Shown here piece after piece: positions 38,699 to 50,900 of a stretch of 64,000 nt of DNA. The stretch is taken from the NCBI GenBank assembly GCA_046563655.1, contig CM102285.1:10602001-10666000 (forward strand), written 5' to 3'. How positions within the stretch are numbered: position 1 is the stretch's first letter; each line of letters starts with the position of its first letter. The stretch comes from Yuukianura sp. NJ FZ-2021. Its lineage: Eukaryota. The position numbers and the translations under genes were made by a program. A model generated the notes under the pieces. That model was not told the origin of the DNA. It searched no databases and was given only the letters and a program-made list of their open reading frames with translations.

Positions 38699-39609
38699 AA
38701 ACGAACTGCGAATGTGAAAATTTAAAAGCAAATCTGACAACGGACTGAAATGGAGAAAGCCAAAGAGAAAGGTGAAAATGGGAATTTGACAATTTGGAAT
38801 AACTTACGCTGACTGGAAATTTTTTGTTAAATATAATTAGAAATAAGGAAATTATGTTGCTTCCTTAATAATTTTGTTTTCTGGAACGAATTAATTGTTG
38901 CTTTATTAGGATTGACATGCAATAAGGAAATACGTTTCAATAAACACTAACTGCGAAACATAATTCTCATTGTTCACACTCGGTGACAACTTTGTTCAAG
39001 GTCAACTTCACGGACCACGCTATGGAAATTATGGGAAAGTTTGATGAAGATGTTTCACGCAATTTTAAGTAATTTTTGTTTCCAGTTCTTCTGACTTCAT
39101 TTCCGTCATAATTACTAACTTGAGTATAAATAAGTTCTGTTTTTTTCCAGAGTTTAAATGAGCTGTTGACGCTTTTTGAGTTGGGATTCTAATTATTAAC
39201 TTTCATAATAACTTTAGCATTTAAATGAGATTTTTTTTACCCTATTTTGATTTACATTTTAAACAGAAGTCGTAAGTAGAAACTTAGTAAACGGAAAACA
39301 GTTGGATGTGGCCTAATTGAAATTCCAGTTTCAGCGTTTTTTGAGAAGGTTCTCCAGCCTAGTTCAACAATAGATTCGTGGAGCATCCCCTCAAATTGAG
39401 ATTGACATAATTGTGTGAACCATTATACACGGTAAAATATGTTTTAGAAAAACATATTGCGCAAACACTAGAGGCATTAGCTTTACTTAACTACTGCAGC
39501 AGTTCCAGTAGTTTTCCAGGAAACATCAGTTACAAATATACTCCAGAAATTTTTTAGCCCACTCCCAGTTTAGAAGCGTTTTTAAAACCTAAAATTTTGA
39601 AGTTTCGAA

Positions 39610-41366
39610 ATGCCGAGAGGACCTGAGCAACCCGAGGTTCCAAAAACTTCTGGTCCGAAATCCAGAAACGAATCGGACGAAACCGATATAGTTGCAGCAG
39701 GTATTCAGTCGCCTTCAGAAGTTCCAGTGCTTCCGCCATTTTTGAATCGAAACACAAATTACGAGTTACCGGAATACGATGGAAGAAGATTCCCCAGAAA
39801 TGGAAATGGGCATCCGTCTCCATTGGAACGCAACTTGTCACCAGATTACTACTACGACAATGATGACTTCTTTCGTTCGGTGAACACTCTTCCGAGGGCC
39901 ACTCAGGCTCAAAACAGTCAGGTCACGCCGGTGAAGAATGATGCTGTTTCTGAAGCAAATTATGTTAGCGACATCATTGGAATTCGGGATGTTTGTGGAA
40001 ACCGGAAGTTGTGGAAGATGCTCATCGCTGAATTTATTGGAACCCTGTTTTTGGTCCTAGTAGGATGCGGAACTTGTATTGGTGGATGGACTGAAGGCTA
40101 CCAGCCAAACATCGTGCAGATTGCACTGGCTTTTGGTATTACAGTTGCTACTCTTGCGCAGGTACAGCTTGCAAAAAATTCAACCATGAAACAAAAGTTG
40201 CAGCATCAATTTAAGAAAATTGCCTTCTAAACTAATTTGAAATCCAACTTTCCAGGCTATCGGTCACTGCAGCGGAGCCAATCTGAATCCAGCTGTGACG
40301 GTATCATTGACTGTATTTTGAAAATTTTGACAAAATAGTTCCAAAATGAAATCAAAATCTGATTACAAGGTCGGACTCCTCGTTTGTGGAAAATGCAGCA
40401 TTCTCAAAGCCCTTTTCTACATTGGAGCGCAGTGCCTGGGAGCGATTTGTGGATCGGCAATTTTGCAGGTTCGCTAAATTTTGAATGTATTTTGCTTGAA
40501 TTTGCAACATATGTATTTTAATTTAAGTTTCTTCAAGGTCATTACGCCCGTGGAGCTTCAGGGGAACTTAGGCTTGACTCAAGTCAGTGAAAAATTGGAC
40601 ACAGTACAAGCTGTCTTTGTTGAGGCACTCATAACCTTTGTCCTCGTCCTCACCGTATGCGGTGTTTGTGATGAATTACGAAAAGACATTAAGGGGTCAG
40701 CACCCCTTGCCATAGGATTGTCTATCACAGGCTGTCACCTTATGGCCGTAAGTTTATATCAAATTCAAAATTATTCTGAATTCTACAGTAGCTCTATTGT
40801 CATAAGGTGCCAATTGTTCTGATTTAAAATTCAAAAAGTATTACTAAAAAGTTTTCTTTTGAAAACAGATTTCCTATACTGGCTCTTCCATGAATCCAGC
40901 ACGCTCTTTTGGTAAATGAAAATAACACTTTAAATTTAACGCAGACCAAGCTTGAAACTCGTTTGGTTGAGTGAATTTGAAAAATTTGTTTAAAGTTTTA
41001 ATCCCATGCTTTACGCAGGCCCTGCTGTAATAACTAAAATTTGGACCAATCACTGGGTAATATTTTAGTACTTCCTAGGAATGACTTGAATTGGAAACTT
41101 AATTCGCTTATTGCGGATTGCAATGGAAAAAAAACACAAACCAGATGAAATTCATCGAAGCACTTAAAACAGCGTGGTTAAGATAAATTTTGGTTACTAA
41201 AATTTTATTTAAGGTGTACTGGGCTGGGCCTCTGGCTGGTGGTTTCATTGCTGGATTTTTATACAACGTTGCATTTCAAGAAACAGCTCCCAAGCCTACT
41301 CGTATCGAACTGAAAAATGGCGGAGACCAATACTGGATAGCGAGTAAGCAGGAATCAAGAGCCTAA
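39610..41366 (+). CDS. Aquaporin 1 of array (classical Drip/Prip-like; ar/R F-H-S-R), ~379 aa with long N-terminal extension
   Basis: Exons 39610-40161, 40256-40300, 40370-40468, 40538-40747, 40869-40911, 41019-41056, 41214-41366 (1140 nt). AEFIGT, SGANLNPAVT, GSAPLAIGLSITGCHL, TGSSMNPARSFGPA, HWVYWAGP. Confidence 0.95.
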
Positions 41367-43191
41367 CGTGTGAAAAGTAACCACTTCCTAAAAGTGTGTA
41401 TTACTAAGCGATATGCAATAAGATTTTTGTTTCAAAAGTATTTGGTGACGCTTATGACCTTTGATCCCTCTATGTCTTATGTAATACAAGTGGCGACGCT
41501 AATGCTTAAGAACGATATTAAAATTGATGATTCCAGCGGTTTTCATTCGAACTGTTGTCTATGGCGGTTTTCATGTCGTGAATCATGTGTATTAGCGTGA
41601 CTAGAGCCAAAAGGCATTCAACTTTCTCCAGCAATGAGCTGGAACTCATAGAAATATAAAATTCAAAAAACTTTTGAAATATGAAACTAGACTTTGGATG
41701 ATCAAAACATATTAAAATATTCATCAGACATTGGTCCTAAAGACAGTTGAAATATTCTGTTCTTGTTCTTCTGCCAAAATGTGAAACCGAAACCGTGTCA
41801 AGAATAATGGGGTTTCACCACAGAAAGAAGTGACCTCAATTTCAATGATGGAAATCAACGATTATTGCTTACATTTGAGAATCTGACAAGAAAAACCAGG
41901 AAGTGAGGAGGAAGAATAGAGTTTTTCAAAATGAATTCAAAATTTTGTTTCTGCTTTTACATCTGGGTTAGCTTTATGCATTACGCCTTGGAGTAATTCC
42001 GATCAAGTTAATACAATTCTTGGAGGAATCAAATGCGTCTTCAAAACCAGATTCGCATATTTGTATACGTCATTTTGTTTCCTGAAAATTTTGCAGAATT
42101 GTATGAACAAGGAATTCTTTTGATATTAAACAGGTTTGGAAGGTACAAAGAAAGTCTTGTTATTGTTATTGCAGATCCACATGCAGAATTCCTTCGAATT
42201 TTGGCATTTTCGCATTCTACGATTCTGGTGACGTTAAATAAAAAGTAAATTTTTACGAAAACTTAACAAAAAACGGTTTAAACCAAAGTATGGTTGTTGG
42301 ATTGGAGATTCTCAGAAGTTGACCTTCGTCCAATGAAGCCAAAGAGTTCAAATTAGACAAGTATTTCAAAAATTATATAATTTTGAGGGACCGCTATCAC
42401 ATGAGTTTTGAAATACACAAAACCAATGAAAACGCTCCATGTTTTATTCGTATTTACTCTGATATGAAACCGTGTTAAAAATATTGAAATTGGATTTGCA
42501 CCACAGCATTTGCAAATATTAATCTCGTACGTCAAATGTAGTCATCTTTACTTGAATTGGCAAATAACAGGAATTTGCGTAGTAAGAACAGAGGGTTGAC
42601 CCTGCTCTTATGATTTGAAATTCCTTTTGATTGAAATTGTTTAACCCACAAAGAATTATTGGGTGCGTTTTTAAGGAAGTGGTTTTCACAACTGCGAATG
42701 ACTAATTTCGCATTTCCTGTGTTTTCTGACTGAATAATTTGTTTTTGCCCAATCCATAAACTAATTTTCTTCAAAACCATTGAACTTCCTTTTGTGATTC
42801 TGTTTAAATTTCCAGAAACTGTTTACATGATTCACCTAATTTGACGTTTGAATTGTATTGCGAAACAATTTGTGAACAAAAACAAACAAAAAACTGCTGA
42901 ACCTATTCACCTCATTTCAAAATCTGAAGATTCAAGTACTATAATTTGATTCAAACTGAAACTGATGGACAGTATTTTTTCTGTTGCCAAAATTTCCGGT
43001 TCCTGTTTACTATACATTTTAAAGACTTCCAGAAAAGTTGGCCTCTTTGAATAAAAGAAGTCAGAAATGAGGGGTTGCGTGTTCAAATTCTTTGTAATTT
43101 AAAATTTGCAAAGGCTTTCGTTTGGAAAAACAAAATAATCCAGCCCCTTGGGGTCCATTTTCATTCTAACAAGTCAAGCACATAAACATTG

Positions 43192-43279
43192 TACTGTATT
43201 TTCCCAAATAGTAAACCGTACTTAGACAGTACACCGGGTTCCTATTTGTATTATTTGTACTATTTGGGAAAATACGGTA
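43192..43279. mobile_element. Miniature inverted-repeat element (Tc1/mariner-superfamily-like), 84 bp plus TA target-site duplication
   Basis: TA|CTGTATTTTCCCAAATAGTA ... TACTATTTGGGAAAATACGG|TA: 20-bp terminal inverted repeats with one mismatch, flanked by TA. Confidence 0.7.
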
Positions 43280-43933
43280 TTTTAATTTCCATTTTGCGTT
43301 TTTTCAAGTTCAATTTTTTTTAGAAAAACAACACAGACCCACAATGGGAAATTTGGCAGATAATTGTACACACCATAAGCCTAGCCTAGACTTCGTTAGT
43401 CGGAAACAACTTTTCATCAAACACCTCCAAAACCTTGACGCGGTGAGACAGACGCTGTAATATATTTAATTCCAGAGCATAATTCACTTGTCGTTGTCAC
43501 TGAAAGTTAAGATATATCCAGTGGAAATTTAAATTGCGGTGTTCCACTGCATACTTCGGTTTCACTAATCAGGGGAACAAGTGATAGGTTCCCAAAAGTG
43601 GAGCTTTACTAGCATTACTGTTAGGCAGCAAGTAGTTTCAACAGTGTCATCCTTTTAGAACAGGATAAAATTGAACCACAAAGACAAGCAAAGCACTCCC
43701 TTCATTTTGCCTAAGGAAAGCACTTCTCCATCCACTTCAAAAAATAGTTTTGCACAATCGACGAGTGTGCGGTAAGGAGGAGGACCAATTAGTTTGTACA
43801 AATCAAAACCTCAAAGGAACAATAGAATCCTGTTAATTCAGTTTTAGTTTGCAACTGAAAGTCGTTGAGGCCAAAGCCATTTTGACTTTTTGCTTTGAGG
43901 AAGACTTCCTGGAAGAACTCCAACTTTGGAACA

Positions 43934-46864
43934 ATGGGAGAGAAAGCAAAGAACATCTTGGGTCTGAGTGATGTTACTGAAAAGAAAGTAAGCTTGGTGA
44001 AAGCACTGGTAGCCGAATTAATCGGAACCTTGTTTCTTGTCTTCTTTGGATGCGGAGCAGCAGTAGCTGGGTCACGAAGTCTCGGAGAAGAACGAGTTAA
44101 ATTTCTTCCGAGTGCGTTCATTACGCAAGTAGCCTTGACCTTTGGTCTTGTGGTTGCATCAGTTGTACAGGTAATTCTACTTAAATTTTAAGTTTTAACT
44201 AGTATTTTTTCAAAATTTTCGACAAAATATGGATAACTTCCATAGTTAACCTGCTTCACTAACTTTCGTAGTCCAAAAAATTCAAAATTTTGAAACATTT
44301 TGGAAAAAACAGCTTTTTAAGATTCATATGTCTTGTAGTTTTTTACAACTCGAGTATTTAACGCTTCATGCGACAGTAATTGATTTCGAGTGGGCATGTG
44401 AATGGATTCAGGTGCTTGTTAAACAATGTTTTAAGTGCACATGAGGACACTAATGTGTTGAAGATCACTTACAAACAAAAAAAAACTTGATCTGAAAAAC
44501 TAACAATATGTAGAGGGTGAACCCTCGATTCAAGAAGCGTTGAACTAAAACGATTGTTTATTTCGAAATGTGTTTCTTTTTTCAATTAAAAATAAAATTG
44601 CGAAGTGAGTCACCACAAAATTCGTGAAAACAAAACGCAAAGTTTAAGGTCAGGAACGACCCTTCAAAACAAACTTGTTTATTGGCAATTGTCGGTGGTT
44701 GTAATTTTCATTTCGTGAAGTACACGCCTCTTTATTAAAATTCTCCCAGAATTTGTTTGTTATTCCTAGTAATCATTTACAAATGAAGTACTCATTCATT
44801 TACTACTTATTCTGCAAATCTAGTAAAAGATTCAACAGTCGGAGCAAGCTGCTTGATTACGATCACGGAAATTTGCCAAACAGAATGACAAGTTGAGGCA
44901 GGGAGCCAAGACAGGACAATGACTATTTTTAGATCCTAACTTCATCTTCTAAAATCATAGACTATAATGTTCAACATCAACTTAAAACGCAACAAGTTGA
45001 ATTTGAATTAGGCTACTGAAGAGAGTCTTGCCTTACGAATTGGGATGAAAGTTCGTCTCGGGAACATCCATGACAAATGAGATGTTGAAATAAAATGGTT
45101 TTTTGGGCGTTGGCCCTCTGAACTGCTGTCGGCCATGCCGTTTGCTATGTTATCCTAATTAAACGCAAGCTTAATTAGTGCCCAGTTACTGTTTTGTACA
45201 CGGGGAAATGTAAAAACTACCAAAAATATTTAATTGTTCTGATCAGCAGCTAGACTTTCCATAATTGTCTCTTGAAATTAGTTTTTTCAATTTTCCTATT
45301 TTCCAATTTTCAATTTCCACCTTTTTCCAAAAATGTTGAAAACAGTTTTGCTTCTAATTTAATTAATTTCGTCTTTCTCTCATATGTAATTTTTTCACTC
45401 TTTGACCTTTGACGCAAGAGGAAAAGCGGCTAGGAAACAAACGCGTTAAGTTAATCTAACTTAATTAACCCTAACCCACAGACTAACTAGACGAGACTTA
45501 TTTCCTTGTGTTGTGTAACTCATTTGTACTAAGCAGCTTTGAATTTTACCGCTATCAACCATGTTATTTGCAAACTTACAAAACACAAATTATTTTATTA
45601 TATTTACAATCTTGCTAATTCCTTCTTTTTTTTATGTTTTATAGGCTATTGGACACATCTCAGGTAATTTGTCATTAACATACGAAGAATTTATCGCACT
45701 TCCTGGAATTATGATCTGCTAAAATTAACTATTTTTTGTGTTTCAGGTGGACACATCAACCCTGTAAGTAAAAATACAATAAAAATTAATAAAAGTATCG
45801 CAATAAAAGTAGTTTTTATTCTAACTCGGAATGGATGTAACAAATTTTCAAATTGTCCAAGGCCATTTCATAAAAATGGACAAGGAGCCTCTAGATGAGA
45901 ATTTCTTATTTTGGAAAGTATAATAATTGGAACTTAAAGTGAAAAGCAAGAGAAAATCCAAAAACTTTCACCAAATAAAATATTTTTCTGCGGACGCTAA
46001 AAAAAAAGCTCGATTTCTTATTTTCAAAATTTGTTTCTGATTCCCGAATTTAAATTTATGTAGGCCGTGACGATTGGAGTTATGTGTGCTGGACAAATGA
46101 GCATTCTCCGTGGACTTCTGTATATGCTTGTGCAATACGTTGGTGCTATTGCTGGGGCTGCCTTGCTTGCGGTACAGAAATTTTCAAATTTTGACACCTT
46201 TTTTTATGGAAAAAAAAATTGATTCCGCTTTCTTTTTGCCTTTCAATAGCAAATCACTTACAATCCAGATGTGTGAGTAACCACATATAAATTACAAACT
46301 ACTATTTAGCATTTCTTCATAAAATGTTTAGTTAATGCTTAATTCTAATATTTTTAAGCCTTGGAGCCAACGGTCTTCAACCTGAAATAGCACCATGGCA
46401 AGGTCTTGTCGTTGAGTTCATGGTCACTCTGCTTCTGGTCCTCGTCGTCTTCGGAGTCTGTGACAGTCGACGGCAGGATGTGAAGGGATCCATTCCATTG
46501 GCCATTGGTCTTACCGTCGGTGTCTGCCACTTGCTTTCCATTGGATTTACCGGTAAGAACCTTGACCTTTGACCTTTCAGACATTTCTTCTGATGCTCAA
46601 TGCTCTTATTTTGTCTAGGCGCTGGAATGAATCCTGCTAGAACTTTTGGACCCCTCGTCATCGGTGGAAAGTACACGCCAGCATCCGATTGGGTAAAGTC
46701 TTGCATGCAATTTGTAAAAATTTCACCAATTTCTGCTTACATAAATTTTGAAAGTTTGATTTTGGATAAAACAGATTTACTTCGTTGGACCATATCTCGG
46801 TGGCGTCGTTGCTGCCCTCCTTTATACCTTTGTATTTAAGGCCAAGGATGCAGATGATTTGTAA
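43934..46864 (+). CDS. Aquaporin 2 of array (ar/R F-H-A-R), ~253 aa, with three microexons
   Basis: Exons 43934-44170, 45645-45663, 45747-45763, 46064-46171, 46250-46272, 46359-46552, 46619-46692, 46775-46864 (762 nt, in frame). AELIGT, GHISGGHINPAVT, VCHLLSIGFTGAGMNPARTFGP. Confidence 0.93.
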
Positions 46865-47124
46865 ATTAAGAAATCCTGAACCACGGCTAATTAAAAAAAT
46901 AGCTCAACCATATTCATTGATGAATGCAGAAAAATTGTTTTAAAAAGTTAATTTAACCAAACCGATTGTAAATTGATCTGGACAAAATTTTCGGGAAATA
47001 AAATAACAAGTTTAAGCTTTTAAAGCTCAAAAGTTATGGAACAGTTTCAGTTTTTATTAAAGCTGTCATGTTAAATTCGAAATTGTAACTTTGTGTTAGT
47101 TGGATTCGTTCGCTGTTTCTCGAA

Positions 47125-47988
47125 CTATTTCGATTTTGGTTTCGCTTCGTTGCTCTCGTTTTGTTCATTCGAAGCCTTGACTTCGGTGATATAAAGTTCC
47201 AAAATAGTTTCCACTGCAGCTCCAATGTTTTTCCAAGAGGTTATGACCATGATAATGAAAAATGTTTTCCAGGAGAAGAAGAACATGAGGTACTTCACAA
47301 TTTTGAGTCCAAAGAGCATCGTGGACGGGAAATACTTTTCTGGAAGACGAAGCATGAATGATACAGCTAAACTTATGTCCACGAGATTTTCCAGCGTAGA
47401 TGCGCATGCTGTTGGAAACCATCCGGATCCGAAAAGGCCAAAGAAAAACCGAATGGACGGTCCAATTGCTCCGAGTGCAAAGGACATTGCCAGTCCGATC
47501 AGAAACGGAATCATCTCAAATTCTTTGAGTCGTTTGTAGAAAAAGTAGCACGTCGTGGTGATATGAACGATCATGTAAAGTCGAAGAATGACCTCATCAT
47601 ATTCAAAAGCAAAGTAGATTCCTGGAAAGAACGATAGAGCAACAAACACCCACTTGTTGGCCGTCTTCAGCATTTTTATAAACGTGTTGTCTTCTGCAAG
47701 CACCATCAGTTTGCGAAACATGGACGACAAGGCAATGTATGCCAAAGCACCAAGGATGAACAGGAATGTTACGACTTTGTCCAGAAGTGATGCTCGTTCG
47801 GCGTCACTGGAAGCACCACCAAGGACGTAACTGTATATGATCAAGGACGTAAAGACGAGACACCCAGTGACATGTGTCCATAGGAATGCGTTCTTATAAT
47901 GCTTCCTGTAAGCGGTCAAGCAGCGATGAACTTGTGGATTTTTTCCAAACTTCTCCACCATCCGAATTCCACTATTCAAGAAATCCAT
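47125..47988 (-). CDS. Multi-pass membrane protein, divergent PAQR/adiponectin receptor/haemolysin-III-like (287 aa)
   Basis: Uninterrupted ORF with ~7 hydrophobic segments. LWTHVTG resembles PAQR NIWTHLLG and RLPEKYFP resembles PAQR RIPERFFP. A GT-AG 5'UTR intron is likely at 48088-48010. Family call is by eye. Confidence 0.65.
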   Translation of the reverse strand: MDFLNSGIRMVEKFGKNPQVHRCLTAYRKHYKNAFLWTHVTGCLVFTSLIIYSYVLGGASSDAERASLLDKVVTFLFILGALAYIALSSMFRKLMVLAEDNTFIKMLKTANKWVFVALSFFPGIYFAFEYDEVILRLYMIVHITTTCYFFYKRLKEFEMIPFLIGLAMSFALGAIGPSIRFFFGLFGSGWFPTACASTLENLVDISLAVSFMLRLPEKYFPSTMLFGLKIVKYLMFFFSWKTFFIIMVITSWKNIGAAVETILELYITEVKASNEQNESNEAKPKSK

Positions 47989-50900
47989 TATGAAGTTTGC
48001 TGGACGTTTCTAATAAAATAAATGTAAAATTCATTTCAACCACCCATAAATGTTGAAGACTTATAGAAATAAAATAACGTTAGCTTACTACAGTGCGCCG
48101 AGAAGTTTAACTAATTGTAAGAAGTCCAGAAACCAGGAGCTATCAGGTCAAAACAAACATATAAATACAAAACGATTTTGCAAAAGATTATGGAATTAAC
48201 ACATTTTTAGTTTTAAGACTTAAGTAATTTAACTTACTTTAACTTTGTGACTTGGTGAGAGAATTTGCGACTCAAATGTTTTTATGACGGGTCTGTCGAT
48301 TGGAGAGGTCAAAAGGTCAACTAATGCAGCCTCGTGAGCAACTCCAACAATTCGTAAAAACTTTTTATGTATTTAAAAATGAATAGTACCATGAACAGGA
48401 AAATTTCAAATGGAATTTAAACTGTACAAAAGAAGTGTCGAATCTTTTAATTTCAAAAAGTTTTTTTTTCCTTGCAACTCTCGCGCGATTGTAACAAAAA
48501 CACATCTCGACTTTTACTTCAGAACGCAAGAATGTAACTTTACAATGAAGGGGCTTCATTCTTGTTTTCAGTATGTTTCAATGCTTTTTTCAAAAAAGTA
48601 GCTTTGATAGTGTCTTCCGGTACTCACTCCGAAAAGAACAATATTATTATATACAAATTATATAAACTATCAGAATATAAGTAGAAATTATGCTCATAAT
48701 GTGTGTGTATCATAGCATATACAGGTTATTGTATAAATCTTTCAATTTATCTTTGATTCTCTGATTCAATCTATTCAGATCAAAGAAAACTTTTGCACTT
48801 TTTGTAAAGCTTAATCGTTCATCTCCCAGGGACAAAGTAATCCTTAATCATTCTTACTGTCGTTGGTAATCCATCTAAAGTGTCCCTTAACGGGGAATTT
48901 GGTCTGAATTTTCATTTTATTTTTCATGAATCCGACATTCAATTACGCCTGAACTTGAAACAGGCAAGGACAAACTTGCACACTTCCTTCCGATTCTAAT
49001 GGATAAAGCACATAATAATTATAAGTCGTTTTTTACGTTCATTCAAAAAGTGATAAATTCACTTAAAAACTTACTTCCTTCCAAGGATACTTTTTTTTTT
49101 GTTGAATTTGAAAATCAGATCAGGAAGTGCATCGACAAACGAACTTTAGAAAAGAAAACTTCAGTAGAGCTTAGCAATAATTAACTACTGTAAATGATTA
49201 AAATCAAAAATAAGGACGCACACGGCCATGGCACATCTGAGAATTTTCAATCCAAAAATATCACACGCTAAATTACAATTTAAGGATGAGCTTTTAATTA
49301 TTTTCGTAACTTGTCCAAAATATATTTTATAGTTTCTAACAAATTGAGCGAAATTCATTCTTTGGAAGTTACAACTTCGATTAGACCCCGCAAGTCTTGT
49401 TACATTTGTAGTAGTATCGCTCAATTTTGAAAAATTTCGAAACGAAAGGTGTCAAACCACAAGTATTTTTACGATTCGTTTTTTATCACTCCATAACATC
49501 ACACCCTACTAACCAGGTAAACCACAACTAATAGCAATCTCATCTTCAATTTCAATTTGTTCTACATTTTGAAAAGAGTTCAGTATGTTAACTACTGGGG
49601 TTTACATTTAAGAATTCAATTTAAAAAATCGTCACAATTTTTTTTTTTTTGAATTTCCAATGTGCTTTGTCCTGACGTAAACGAAATTGACGGTGTTAAA
49701 TGTAATGGTTTCTTACCTTGATCATGTTGAACTTGAGTTTGGCATGCTAAATTGTTTGAAAAAGTTTTGTAAAAGAGTTTGCTGCATGATTTCCATCATT
49801 TGACTTATTGCAAATTAGATTTTCAAATTCATCCTGACTTTCTCCCCAGTTAGGTTACGAAGGTGGAGGAATTAGTGACTTTTTTTCACTTTCATTGTTT
49901 AGCATAGAAGCGGAAGTAGCAAAGTGAAAGTTATGAATATTTAGCATTTTTGAAGTTTAAGTTGTGCTTGGACTTGGCTACAAGAGACAATGCGTTTTGA
50001 TTTATGGACAAATAATAGTAATTGTGTTTAATTCAAAACATGTCCATGGTTGTAATGAATAAGATGAATGCGGAAGGATATATTAAGGTGTGAATATTGT
50101 CACTGAAAGATGAAAATTCAATGTCTTTGTAACATAAATAAGATATTGATGATCAAATCATGCATGGCAGAATGATGAGCATCTTCATGAAAGGCATTTG
50201 ATCCCACATTATCGAGTAACATTGAACCACTTCCACAGTTTAATAGGAACTCCGTAACCCTGACTTCAGAAGTCATCTTCTTGTCCCTATTTAGACAGAG
50301 GGAAGCGTTACAAAGTTTCCAAATCATTAATCAAAACGTTCATGTAATCTAGTCATCCAATGTACCGGAAGTTTCTCATCTGCCACGTAAACTTCCTAAA
50401 ACGGTGATTTTGGCAATCTTTATGTTTGTGCATTAAACTATGTAAGGATTCAAGGACTAACCATCAAGCTTTTGACTATTTGGTCATAATTTGATATCTT
50501 AATTTAGTGTTAATTTAATTTAGTTTTGAAACTCAAGTTGTCGAAATTTCTGAAATTGTGAAAGCGAACTGTGGATTTTCTTTTTGTTTTGGTTTTGCAA
50601 TTTTTCGAGTCGATTAACTTGAAAATCCATTTTTTTGTTATAAAAATAGAAAGTATGATCTGTCTAAAAATAGTTAATGCTGTGAGTTAACTTTTTATTG
50701 TTATCCTAAGTTGTTCTTTTCTTTATCAACAAGCGAGAGAGATGTTGAATGACTGAATAACAGTAGTTGAGTACACTTTTGGCACAACAAAGGATTTGTT
50801 GTGCCACTTCTGATGAGGATCATCTGCGAAATTTTCAAAATGCCGCATCGAATCCCAAGAAGCTTCTTTCTCTTAACGTGTCGTCAATCACTTCCTAGTG

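Noticed and set aside
50780..50806. Perfect 12-bp hairpin TGGCACAACAAA-GGA-TTTGTTGTGCCA (an imperfect one also at ~32481-32514)
   Set aside because: No downstream CTRR for a Helitron end, too short for a pre-miRNA, and intrinsic terminators do not apply to this eukaryotic DNA.
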